Shown: positions 25,744-39,050 of the stretch, piece by piece
Numbering within the stretch: the stretch's first letter is position 1
Layout of the letters: the number at the start of each line of letters is the position of its first letter
DNA from: Dipteris shenzhenensis
Lineage: Eukaryota
NCBI GenBank assembly: GCA_047967505.1
Contig: CM106538.1
Reading direction: 5' to 3' (one strand)
Length of the DNA: 64,000 nt
The notes under the pieces: model-generated
Database searches by the model: none
What the model saw: the letters and a program-made list of their open reading frames with translations, nothing else
Told to the model about the DNA's origin: nothing
Position numbers and translations under genes: made by a program

Positions 25744-25858
25744 ATTCCAATGATGGACAAGGAATGAGAAAGAGTGCACCTCTATGTCTATCTATGTGTG
25801 TGTGTGTGCGTGCACACGTGTGCATGCTTGCGTGCATGTGTGTGTGTGTGCGAGTGCC

Positions 25859-25931
<73 letters not shown>

Positions 25932-27987
25932 AGTTAAAAAAGAAATCAGGACTAGAGGCTAGAGGCTAAGCATGGCGACGCTCGAGGGCCATAGAGGAAA
26001 GGAGAACGTGAGGGCGAAACATTATCATGGGAGGGGAAAAGGAATTAGAAGGGGAGGGAATGAAGAGGGAGATTATGACACAAGGGGAAAGGGAGAGGGG
26101 GAAGAGAAGCATGTACATGATGGGAGGAGGAATGTAAAGATGGAGACATCAAGGGAAGAGGACCATGCTTTATTTTGAAAGGAAGGGAAGGGAGAAATCA
26201 AAGTACTAGCTATTTTGAAAGGAAGGGAAGGGAGAAATCAAAGTACTAGCTAGGTGTCTTTACAAGGGGATGAGCATTTTCTGAGCGAAATCTTCTGAGC
26301 ATCCGAGCAAAGGAAAAAAAAAGCTTCCAACTCTCTTCCAACTATGCATAAATATGGCAAAAATCGATCAAAAGAAAACATAGTTTCACTTAGAAATATG
26401 CAAAGTATTATAGCAATGCCTATTTTATACAAAAATATTTAGGTGAATCTTTAGGAGTGGTGAGAGCATAATGGGATGGCTTTTGAAGAAACCCACATGT
26501 AGAGTAGACTTCTCTATGAAAATTCCCTTATGATCCTTCTTAGAACTTTTACTTAATAGGGGGTGACATTGAAAACCCTCTCTCAACCTATCTTCATGAA
26601 AGGTTTTCTTCAAAGAAAACTCATTGAAGCAAGCCATCCAGGTAGTTTCGCCAGCGAAACCCCTTTGAAGCAAGTCTCCCAAGGCGAAACTACCTTGGAC
26701 AACACTTTTAAAAGTGACATAACTTTCATATCCAGTGTCCAAATATAATCATTCAACCACTCAAATTGATTGGAACACCCCCTTTGAGCACATCTATGGA
26801 GTTATATTTTGGAAAATCTTGCATATATAGTATTAAATATTCCATGCATTTTATGAGAGTGATATATAAGCCCAAGTTAATACTTATTTATAGTACTTTA
26901 AACTTCTTTAGAAACATGTCCATAAATATCTTGTTATTTATGCTATAAAAACACTAAAAAGATATTGCCATATGATATAAATGTGTTTATAAGTAATTTT
27001 CTATGCATAGTATTATTACATTGAGAGTGATTATGAGGGATGTTTCTTAAAGGAATCAACACTTTTTTAAGGTAATAACAGGGGTACAAAGGGATGTCTC
27101 TAAATAAGAAATTTATGTTGTGTAAAAATGAATGAGTGACTAGTCTGTATATTTTTATGATAAAGAGATCTAGTTCTAGTGAAAGTAAAAGTGTAAAAAC
27201 CATATTTCCTAAAGAAATACATTTTTTTTAATCTCTTGAAAAACACGCTCGGATAAACCTGCTCATAGGTTTTTGCTCGTAAAATTGACGCATCCGCTTT
27301 ACAAGAATGAGCATGACTCATCAAGGAATAGCCCCCTCCTTTTATAGCCAAGAGAGAGGGTCTCTCCCAATAAATTCATCCTCCCACATGCATGGTGTGT
27401 GTGGAAGAGTCTCCCATGTGGGCTACGCAGTTATGCACTCTCAATTGTGTGCGATAACGCTTGGCCACATTTTTCCACAGATATCAAATCCCATATCCCA
27501 AGTGTATGATACTCCCTTGGTCTCTTCCCAATTTTATAATATGTTCAAACGTCTAGGAGGACAAGTGGAGGGTTGGCACAAGGAATCTTGCCACCTCATC
27601 CTACTTTTCCCATTATTTAACTTGCATCCTTGGACTATCTATACCTCCCCCACATGGTCCTATCCTATATGGAGGGAATAACCCAATATAATATCCATCT
27701 CCACCTATTTTATATTACTTCTCCCATGGACTTTGAGCCATATCTCACTAAATGCAGCCTAGGTGGAAGGGTGGCACATGGTCATGCCCTGCCACCTCAA
27801 CCCTGGGCCCTATGCATGTGAAGATAGTGGGAGAGAAGGAAGGAGTCTCACTTGCGGCTTTCTCACATACACAATGGGGGAATACACACAAAGGTGGAGG
27901 CTGAAAACAGTTTTCCTCTTCTTAGTTGTGACAGCCAAAAGAACTCTAGTACAAAGAAATAGAAGAACCCTATATGTGGGTCTCAAA
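24545..27987 (+). repeat. Second copy of the ~3.4-kb direct duplication
   Basis: Matches 18592-22027; CCT microhomology at the left junction. Confidence 0.95.
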
Positions 27988-28386
27988 CCAAACTCAGCTA
28001 ACTAAGGTGGCATACTAACTGAGCCACGAACTAGAGTACATAAGGATAGTTGTCATATAGCTATTATTCATGGGCGGTGTACCAACCGCATCTATAGCCA
28101 ACAAGTCGGTGACATAAATGCACAACGGTCACCCTAGCATATCACGAGTGGAGCTTGATATCTCAACACTCCCCCTCAAGCTCAATCCCAATTCCTGCAC
28201 ACCAAGCAGGTCTCTGAACTTGCGTAGCTTCTCTACGCCCAATGCGTTCGTGAATATGTCAGCTACCTGATCCTCTGTGTTGACATAAACTAGATCAATA
28301 AGACCTAGTAAAACCTCCTACACATAGTGATAATGCACCTCAATGTGCTTTGTTCTAGCATGATAGACTGGGTTATTTGCCAAGTG
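27817..28386 (-). mobile_element. Inverted 3' end of Copia element 1 (RNase H end, PPT, 3' LTR)
   Basis: Minus strand HLANNPVYHARTKHIEVHYH...QVADIFTNAL, PPT AGGGGGAG, LTR 28168-27817, then TGCAT matching the 5' TSD. Confidence 0.95.
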
Positions 28387-31300
28387 TCACAAGACTTAAT
28401 GATATCACTTATATATTCTTTTCTTTTTAGATTTGGCATTATGGATAGCACATCTACCAATGCAATATGATGCATGGATTCTTGAGTGATATTAGTTGTC
28501 ATTTTAGGCACTATTTAGTTTCAGCTTGCACTTAATTGCACATTTGCATATTGTATTGAGCAACCCAATTGGTGAATCAATCTAATACATGGAAATATGC
28601 ATTTATGCAATGCATTGCAAGATCTTTATAAGGAATTATGAGGCCATAAAGAAAAGAGACTCAATGGGCATGAGACAAGCACAAAGAGAGATGGTAGTGT
28701 ACATGAACTTAATGAAGTACATAAGTAAAGATTCAAGATGGCTAGCATGGGTATAGGACTTAAACATGAGATTTTCAATCTAGTCCTTTAACATCCTCAA
28801 GTAGAAGTAATTTGTGAAGAGACATTAGGGGAGAATTGGGGTCTCAAAAGGGCCTCATAACGAATGGATTATGAAATGGATTAGTCCTAATGAAAGGGCC
28901 AAGGTAGGTCCCAAAAAGTCCTAACCCCACCTTGCCTAGGTGGGTTAAGCCCAAAAGTGACCCCACCTCTTACACAACTCTTACTCCTGAGTGGGAACCA
29001 ACAAATTCAAAATTCAAAATTCGAATTTTGAATTCCCTCCCTCCTTCTCTCTCCTCCCTCCTTCTCTCTCCTCCCCCCTCCCTCCCCCTCCTCCCTCCCC
29101 CTCCCTCACTCCCCCTCCTCACTCCCTCCCTCCTCCTCCCCCTCCCTCCCTCCCTGCTCCCCCTCCCCTCTCCTCCCATCCCCCTCCCCCTCCTCACTCC
29201 CTCCTCCCCCTTCCTCCTCCTCCCCCTCCCTCCCTCCCTCCTCCACGCCTGCTCCTCTAACCCTCCCCCTCCCTCCCTCCTCCATGCCTGCTCCTCCTCC
29301 CCTCTGCCTCCCTCCTCCTCCACCAGTGCTCCTCCTCCCCCCTCCCTCTTGCTCCTCCCTCCTCCCTCCCTCCTCCTCCATGCCTACTCCTCCTCACCCT
29401 CCACACCTGCTGGTCTGCCCCCCTTTCCTCCTCTTCAACTACTGTTACTCCCTCCCCCATGCCTCCTCCTCCTCTCCCTCCCTCTCCTTGCGTGCTACTC
29501 CTTCAAGCCTGCATCTCCACACCTTGTCCCTCTCTACACTACTTTAGTCATGTAACCATCCGAGGACGTCTTCGACAAGTACCAGGTTCACTTAGAGTTG
29601 GAGGCTAAATATGCAAGCACACGTAGTCTAGGATTGAGGGGAGCTTCCAAAATCCACAGTCTTCGTTCGCAATCAAAGAAGCATCTCGACCTTTGGGTAG
29701 AAGGATCCTTGTATCCTTTAGATCCTGCCAACCAAAAGAGCCCTCCTTTCCATACAATGCATGAGCTAGTTCAGTTTGTTGGAAATGGACATGCGGGGTT
29801 GCTTGGTTATTGCAATCGGTTAAACAATGCTCACTCAATGGCTATGCAAGCACGCAAGATGCGTAGAGCCCAAGTAGAGATGCTAGCACATTTAGGAAAT
29901 AGCACCATTGTTGCAATGCATAACTCTATGCAGGATCTTCAAAGGAAAAATCGGGATCTTCATGATAAAGCCAAAGCATTGGACTTGGAGTGACATAAAT
30001 TAGAAGAGTCACTCTGTGAGCTAGCTGAGTCTAAAAAAGGCTTGGAAAGATCTATATACAATCAAGTACAATGAGCTGTAGAGAAGGAACGAGAGAAGGC
30101 AGAAGAACAAGTGCAAAACATGAAAGAAACACCTTTGGGATTGAAGGAGAGGAAAAGAAGGTACTTACATAACATGGATGCATTGGCACCCACTGGTGGT
30201 GCCAGAAAGTGGAGAGTTCAGGCTACAAGGTTAGTTGTCAAATGTTCCAATGCGATTACACTCTTTTGTGCTACACTATTTGTGACTAAGTTTTTATTGT
30301 GTTCTTCTTTTAGAACTTCATCATTTGAAGATGTGATGGGAAGAACGGATGGGGATGATATTGACTGCTCATATGCTTTAGCTAGTTTATTGAAGTCAAG
30401 TGATGTCATTGGGATACTAAGGGACCCAAGACACAAGCGCCTACCTGTGCAAGTTGCTGAAGAGGTGATAAAGGACTTCAAGGATATTGTGGATGCAACA
30501 ATTAAAATGATGGAGAAAATATATCATCAACTTAAAAAAAATACAATGGAATTCATGACGAGCAATGATAACTTCAAACAAATAATAAAGACATGTAGTC
30601 ATGTATCCATTGAAATAACCATTTTAATATATGTTTATATATACAAAAGGCCTCATAGGCTATCTTTCTTCTTGGCTAGTTTGAGTACATCGAGAATTGG
30701 CATCTTTGAATCCCCTAGTGGATTCCTAGATGTAAATCTAGTTGCAACAGCACTAACATCCTCCTCTCCTGCTGCCAAAGACATAGTCATTTGCTGTCAA
30801 TGCCCTGCCATGAATGTTGGATCCAAAGGCATTGATAGCATAGCCAGGTGTACCAAAATGACTTTATCAGCATTCTAAGTAATGTTGGAGTATCCGATAG
30901 CGCATGACAATGCCTTGTACTTCAGCAGCTCTGAAGGACCTTGAGGAGAAAATTTGTTGTGAAAGACCACGATAGGCTCTGCGACTTTGCCAAGGTAATG
31001 GGCCAAAGAATGATCTCGCCCAAATTAACTGCAAACATTACCCTATCAAGATGAGAATTCATCAAGCTCAAATGCATCCTGTAACAATTCAACAAACATT
31101 AGAAGACCGAAAAAACAAATTATATCGAAAGAACATCAAAATAAAAAATATTGTTCGAACTTACTACTACAGTGTCATCGGCTTCTATCCCTTCCTCATT
31201 TGCAATGCTGATGAAACCAAGTGCTATGTGATGTTCCATTTGGGAGGTGGATGCTTTCTCCTGACTTGTGTTGGAGGTGGAAGCTTCTGCATGAGAGGGT

Positions 31301-32057
31301 TGTGCATCGTATACGGACATGTCTGCATCCCTCATTGAAACCAGCATCATCAAGAGAAAGTCTTCCATTGTCTGCTCTTCAGTACATAAAACCCCTAGTA
31401 TCTTTGACTCTTGTGTCAACATCGAAACCCGATAGGACTCCGAGTGCCTCATCCTCTCATAGTCCAAAAAGAATCTCTATGTCATAGAGGAATACGTACT
31501 CTTCTCCATCGATGATGAGGGGGGACAAGGACCATAATTTTGAGTCTGGGTCAATGGTCTCCGATGTAGATTCTTGCTCTACTGGGGGCTCTTGAAGTAG
31601 GCTCAATGCTTGACTTGCTTCCATCTCCTCTGTTGGATCATCAAGACTCTCTTCCATGTACATGTCCGAGTCCCAGATCAACACTTCTACTAGAGGGGGT
31701 GCTAGATGATGAGGCTTCTTCCTCTAAATTTCCTTCTTGGAGAAGGAAGATGAATGTCATCTCCCATGAAAGGAATTTGGTGCCTGTATTTCCTGTGATC
31801 CCTGCATCTAGGATGTCTTGAACTTCGACTATCCTAAACCCTTCGTCTGTAAGGTTGTCACAAAAGTGGGCCAAGCACTTGACAAACTTGGGTTCCTCTA
31901 TGAACAAATACTTTATGTAATCTATGGGAACCCATCTCTTTGAAGAGTGGTCAAGTGTATAAGCAAAATTTGACAAATTATCTTGCATGTAAAGGATGAG
32001 ATCTGAGAAGTCATCCTTGGCTTGCATATATGTGCCTAAGACATCCAAAGTCCTATC
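28387..32057. mobile_element. Inverted, internally deleted copy of the X/Y unit (transposase 5' half fused at ~30497 to X2)
   Basis: 28387-30497 is the reverse complement of ~10265-12396; 30498-32057 is the reverse complement of ~5425-7000; H3 gene and palindrome absent. Confidence 0.9.
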
Positions 32058-34140
32058 TGTTAGATATGCTCAATGCCCCACCCTCCTGGTAACCACCAGT
32101 GGTCCAAGGTGCTCAAGTTGTAAGGCCCCCATATGAGGAGAAACCATGTGTGAGCCCGGGACATTGGATGGATCCTAACTTGCATGTCAGATGAGGTCTA
32201 TCAATGAGGCTATTGATGGTAGAAAGGTGATTGTGTGGGAGCCCCTTATTCTTGCTAGGGCCTGGGGGGTCTCAGGGGGGCTAGCGGCCCCCCTGGTGGG
32301 GGTTCGGGGGCGAGAGCCCTCGAGGTGATGGTATAGGAAATATTCGTTGAATATTCCATGGACGACTAGTCGGTTCCACCGACTAGGTTGACTCGTCGGC
32401 TCCATCGACTAGGTCGACTGGTCAACTCCACCGACTACGTTGATCCGACTACTACCCTCATAGCTATAAAGAGGCAACCTCCCCAGTCCATTGTATCAAA
32501 TCAGTTCAGATCAGATCACATCTTCCAGCTAGTAGCTCTTCACCTAGTATCTGTCTAGATCGCCATCTAAGCTCCACTATGGGAGCACACAGGTGGATGG
32601 AGCCATCATCTGTACTACATCAATATTGAAGGGAAAGTTTGTTCCTCTCCAGTTTGTTGTGTACTCTCTATTCTTTGTTCAGTTTTTGTTCCACTGCGCC
32701 GTGTAATTTAACATGGTATCAAGCTGTAAGGATCGAAGAATAGAAGAGAAGCGAGGGCTTCAACAACATACAGAGTGATGGCAACAGGAAGCGGCTCGAG
32801 TTCAGCAACTGCTGCTACACCAACAATCCAGGCCTTGAGGATTCGCCCACCATCCTTCAATGAAGGCAAGCTAGATGGTACAAACTACACTCTGTGGAAG
32901 TTTAAAATTACTGCTATTCTGGATTCATATGAGCTTCTAGAGACAGTAGTGGGGACTAACCCAGAACCACAAGGAACCCTCGACCTAGCAAATTCAGGGA
33001 GTACAATACCTCCTAATGTCGACCTTCTATGAGCTTGGAAATGCAGGAATGCAGATGCTCTGTGTGCCCTCATTACATGTACTACTGATAGTGTTTTGAC
33101 CTTGATTCAGCATACATCTAAGGCAACTGTGGCTTGGAACATATTGAAGAGTTAGTATGAGATGCAGAATCAGACAAGGATCCAGAACTTGGACGATTAG
33201 CTCGCAGCTAAGAAGTTTAATGAAGGAGAGACAGCGGAGGTGTTCATAACCCGAATCAAAAATCTACGTGACCAGATGGCTGGTGTTGGGATACAAAAGA
33301 CTAGCCAAGAGCTAGCTCGGCGGTGTCTCCGGATATGTCCACCAAGGTTTGATGGACTGGTAACAACGCTTAACACTCAGGTGAGACCCCAACCATTGTC
33401 ATTTGAGGAGTTCTGTGCTTTACTTATGAAGGAGGAATTGAGGCTTAAAGCTCGAGATGGAGGCAGCAATGGGGATGCTGCTTTCTCTGCCACTGCAAAA
33501 GTCAAAGGTGGTTCCTCCACCAAAGGTGAGTCCTCTACTAGTGGTGACAAAAAGAAGAAGCGCAGCAAGAATAAGTTTCAAGTAGAATGCTTCTACTACA
33601 AAAAGAAGGGCCATATGATTGCAGATTGCCAGGTCAAGAAGGCAGATGAAAAGAATGGTATCCTGAAGAAGACAGATAAAGGGAAAGAGACAGCTAACAC
33701 AGCGGAAGCAGAGTTGGATCTATTTCTGGCCATTGAGGAAGAGTGTTCCTCAGTTCAAGAAGCTTCAACCACTGATTGATGGGTGTTGGATAGTGGTGCC
33801 TCTTGTCACATGACCTGCAAGAAGGGTCTATATTGTTCCATGTAGCCTCTATAGGAACCCATCACCGTGATGGTTGGTAATAACGCAAAATGCCATGTTG
33901 AGGGTATAGGTATGGTTTCATTTGTTTCTGTAAATGGAGATGTTAAGAAACTATCTAATGTATTGTATGTTCCACAAATTAAGAGAAATTTGCTATCAGT
34001 TTCTTCCATAACTGACCTTGACCATGAGGTGAGGTTCAACAAGACAGGAGCAAAAATTTTGGATAGTGCAGGCAATCTTGTTGGCCCAAGAGTAAGGAGG
34101 AACAACCTGTATGAGCTAAGTGCTCTTACAGCCACTGCTG
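32058..34140 (+). mobile_element. Copia element 2, 5' half (656-bp LTR, PBS, gag, protease)
   Basis: LTR 32058-32713 TG...CA; TGGTATCAAGC; KLDGTNYTLWKFKI; CFYYKKKGHMIADC; VLDSGASCHMT. Confidence 0.9.
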
Positions 34141-34141
34141 G

Positions 34142-35916
34142 AAAAGGTGCTCATTTCTGTCGTCACCATGCCCACTTGATGATGCATAGTTGCTTTGCTG
34201 CAACTTCCCACTTTTGATGTTATTCTGCTTTTTATAGCATGTATTCTCCTTGTGTCCAGGCTTTCCACAATAATAGCATTCTGTGCTGCTATTTACTTGC
34301 TGGTTCCTTTGCCATGAACCACGGCCTCTTTGGCTCCCCCTGCCTCTAGAACACCACGTCCTCCTCCATAGGACTGGTTTTCCTGTTGTTGCTGTTGGTT
34401 CTGATTTCCTGCATGGCCACCAGAACGGCCTCTTCCTCTACCTCTGCCTCTACCTGTATTCGAGTAGAAAGCAGTCTCTTGAGAAGTTGAGGTGGCTGAA
34501 CCACCATTCCTTTGCTCTTCACTCAGCAAGAGAGCAATAAGTTCCTGAAAATCAGGAAATGTTTCACGGACTCCAATGGATGTCCGAAATTGTGCATAAT
34601 CTTTCCCAAGACCATTCAAGGTCACGGACACTAAGTCCTCATCATCAACAGGTGCTCCAATGGAGGCAAGAGAATCTGCAAGGCCTTTCACCTTCAAGGA
34701 ATACTCATTTATATTCATATTTTTCCTTTGCACATTGTGCAACTCCTGCTTTAGCTGCATCTTTCGTGCTTTGGTATTTGTGCTATACAGCTTCACCAAT
34801 GTATCCCATGCCTCCTTAGGCGTCTCTAGATCCTGTATATGCACAATCATAGAATCTGAAATGCTAACGGACAGCCAATACAGGCATTTTCTGGCTTTTT
34901 CATGCCATTCTTTAAAGGCCTTCAATTCAGCAGGAGTGGGAGCAGCACCCAAAACTGGTTCTGCAGTTTCACCACTGATGTAATCCCAAACTCCCTTTCC
35001 CATAAAGAAGTTTGTCATCCTGAACTTTCATGCTTGGAAGTTGTTCTTGTCAAGCTTCTCACTGACAATGGTAGACAGATTCTCAGACATTTTACAAATC
35101 ACGAATTGCAACAGCAACCTGTAAACACAGCAAATGCCTCACAAGGGCAAACAGCAAAACTTCTGCGAAAACCCTCACAGGGGCGGATCTGCAACACTGA
35201 CGAAAGTGCTATTTCACCACACAGTCACTTCCTCGTGACGATTTTGCATCAACAGGCAACAGGCATGAATCTGCAACTCCCAATATCTCTGCACATAGGC
35301 ATACGATGAAATTTCTGTGGCACCTTTCCACCGACTAGCCGCGCGGTGGTCGCACAGCAAAAACAGGGCCTTTTTCTGAGTGCCTGCGAAGAACTTCCGC
35401 CTTCAAAACGGGCCCCGAAACGGCCTCAAATCAGAAAAATAAAGTACCGCGAAGGGCCTCTCAATCTGAAGCAGTGCACTCCTGCACTTCTGGCTATGCT
35501 ACCTGCAGAGATTTGCTCCCAAACTCGAAATAGGAAAGCTACACTGGTCCTCTTACCAGGACACCACAAACTTGGCTAGCTTTCTTGAGCTCCTTACCAC
35601 GAACAAGGCTCTGATACCATGTAAAGAATAAGGGAGAGAGATAGGAGACTCAAGTTCAGCTTTCTTCACAACACACAAAAGAGAGAGGACACACGGTTGG
35701 AGGGTGAAGCCTTTCTTCACTTTTGCACACAACAACAATACAATAGAAGAGGGAAATACCCTATATGTCAAAACCTAGAATACGTGGTTCATATGTGAAC
35801 CCAAACCAAAACATACGTGGTAGTCTAACTACACCACGAGTACAACTAACATAGGCAGTGACATAAATGATAGTCATCCAGGAGATATGTCGGGGATAGA
35901 GCTTGATATCTCAACA
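34142..35916 (-). mobile_element. Copia element 3, 5' half, related to Copia 1
   Basis: LTR 35916-35620 begins TGTTGAGATATC like Copia 1; PBS 35619-35608; gag ORF 35018-34293 highly similar to Copia 1 gag. Confidence 0.92.
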
Positions 35917-36379
35917 CAAAGAACATATCTATATGGTAAGCAATATGCCTCTTCTTTAGATTGGGTATCCATGGGTGGCTTGCCATTCCTATCTTCTTTC
36001 GGACTAGTCCGTGAAATTAATGCTTCAATGCTAGAACCTCTAGTGACTGAGAGTGAGGTAAAATAGGCACAAGATCAAGGAAGGAATTCGACTATGAAAG
36101 GTGCATGTCAGAGAATAGAAGTTTGATAGAGAAGGAAAAAACATACTCTAGAAGTGTAGACAATGGAATGTGGTGGAATACTTTCTTTGAATACCAAGCC
36201 CTCATCCTTGAATGGTTCAAGAGTAACACTACTACTTTGTGCAATGATTTTGTATGGCCAACATATCATCCTCATTCAGAAAAGTTGTACCACCTAAAAG
36301 TCTATCACTTGAGGTTGAAGCTTTAAGAAACATATTTGCACGAGCGATGTATCTTGGTGCACGACTATCTTGCCAAAGA

Positions 36380-36965
36380 CAAAAAGAGCCCACTAAAATG
36401 TGGTAGGTTTTGTACAAGATTTAAAGTGTGGATTGATGATTGCAACTGTTGCTTAAGAGGACCCTCTTGGACATCCATTCTGGATTGAAAAAGTGGTAGA
36501 AATTCAAAAGTCTATGCAAGGGTAGGTAACTTCCATTGTTGTGCAATGGTTTAGGACTACACATGCTAATCCATTGAAAGGAAAATATGCTCCTCAAATA
36601 GTTGCATGTCCAAAAAAGAAAAGGACAAGAAGGGACACCAAAAACCAACCACAATTGGATGTTCTTGCTTAGAGAAGTAGACATACTTGTTTATGATCTT
36701 CAACTTACAAATGATGGATGCCTAAGGAAGAAGAAACTAGATGTTCTCTTTGAGAAGGTTCCATCCTATGCAACACATCTTGTTGGATCCTCCTCCTTTA
36801 GACTCACACGGTTGCAAATGGAAGGGGCACTAGACCTTCATAGGGACAAAGAGAATGTTCTTGTTAATAGTGTGGAGGAGGATGAATCATCCACTTTTGG
36901 ATCATCATGAAATCATGACAATGACCTTAATGATAATGAAACTGTAGGTGTTGATACAGATTAGG
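36380..36965 (+). pseudogene. Degenerate ORF, possibly the C-terminus of a DNA transposon protein
   Basis: Frameshifted reading PFWIEKVVEI...IVVQWF...DILVYDLQLTNDGCLRKK with an acidic tail; family not recognised. Confidence 0.3.
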
Positions 36966-38153
36966 ATGCACTTGTAGAGTGAGATAGTGCATGTACACTC
37001 TTTGGTTATGTAGGAATCTCATAATGTTCATATTTTTTTGAATATCAGTGTATCAAACAATTGCCTAGCTTTTCAATTCCTCCTATGAAATTACCAAACT
37101 ATACGGACTGTGTATTGTGTTTTTTAAAAATATGTAAATTTTGACACATTTAAAAATTGCTAAGAGAAAAGCTCTTAAATTTAGGACATTTTTCTGCATA
37201 CCTTTTTTCCCATAATGATATTGTGCAATAGTATTTTTAATTATGATAAAAAAGTATCATTTTTTTTCAAAATTCCATTTAATTCTCGTTTGTGCACAAT
37301 GTTACTCACTTTATATGCAATATTGTTAGTGTGCGAAAGAATCGCTCATGTATTGACAAGTGTCGAGCTCTACGATGTTTGAAACATCAAGTTTTGACAG
37401 ATTGCATCTCATTATTATGCCATAAAAAATTCTGGTGAGAGAGCGAGTTCATTCAAAATTCAAAATGTCACCCCCCAATGCATTGCATCGCGGCCGTAAA
37501 CTATCCCTAAAATAGTTCAGCGATTGGCTACACTCGATTATGCATTGACTCACATTAGTTTCAATATTTTGTCATTTGGAAAAAAAAATCATGGATGCTG
37601 ATAAAGCATTCCAAAAACAACTATAGACCCGTATGTATTAATGTAATGCTTATACTGTAATGCTGTGATAAGAATAATCCATATGTGATGCTAATACTAA
37701 AATCACTAACAATGAGTCGCCCACTTTCTAGAAAGATTCTAGCACAAATAGCATCAAAAGATGCTTCCAAAACCACCAAAATTATTGTATAGATGTTTTT
37801 GATTAGCCGTAATTTTCTCCAATGTTAAAGACGTGTATTGTTGTCATCTTTTCAAATCTTATGCCACTTGGTATTTGTATCGTCTTGACGTCAAGAATTA
37901 CTTTAATATGTGTAAAGTAAAAAAGAGCACTTAATCTGTTTTAAGTCAAGATAAGTGCTCTTGGATCACGTCAAGCATCGAGGTCTTTGTATTCTAAAAT
38001 TCATGAAATCCTTCAAAGAAGACAACTCTCCGTTACCCTTCTATGAAAATAGCCCTAACAATTGTAATCCATTACATTATTGCGGTACACCTTTTAACCC
38101 ACCTTTGCATGAAAAGCTTATATATATATGTGTGTGTGGGTTTGTGTGTGTAT

Positions 38154-38190
<37 letters not shown>

Positions 38191-39050
38191 GAGAGAGAGA
38201 GACATACATATAGTAAACAAGGTGGGGTTCCCACTATGGCCTTGCCTTTTGGAGTGTCATTATAAGTCCAAGTGTAAGTAGCTCGATAAATATTTCGAAT
38301 CACTTGTGAAAGGAAACGATAGATGTAAATTGGAAGGAAAGGAAAAGAGAAAAGCAAGTGAATGTGAAGGAATATCTGGAAAGGTACATGAGTGAAAGAG
38401 AGGAGAGAAAAGACGTGAAAAGGTGTAAGTGTGAGTGTGTGTGTGTGTGTGATGGATGGGCCATTAAATAAAAGTGGGGACGAATGCCTATTTTGGTGAA
38501 AGTAATATAAATGTGGTGTCATACAAGAGACAAAGAGAGCCTCCATCTTTAGAGAGAGATACCTAACAAAAGACAAAAGCTTCAGGATTAAGACAAAAAA
38601 ACATTTAGGACCTCCACAAGCAAACAAAAACCTTAAACCCTAAACACACTAGAATTCCTTAAACTTCTACTAACCCACATTTAAGCCTCATACTAACCAT
38701 AATTTGCAAGGTCAAATTGACCAAATGAACTAATTTCAAAGCTATGGCCCTTATTAGCAACTCACTAACCAAGTCATCCCTTAGGACCCTTGGAGGGGCA
38801 AAATACACAAACACATATATACACACACATATATATATAGAGAGAGAGAGAGAGAGATTGCTAGACATTGGTTGGGATGGGTTTTACTAATACAGCGAGA
38901 ATAAAGAGGAACGAAGTTTGCTGCAAATAGTTATCATGAAGAAGTCCTTAGTGAATGGACCAAGGGAGTCCATTCATGTGGGAGACAAAAGAGCGAATGA
39001 AACAGAAAAGGTGAAGCAAATGAGGAAGGTGAATCAATGATCCTGTTGTG

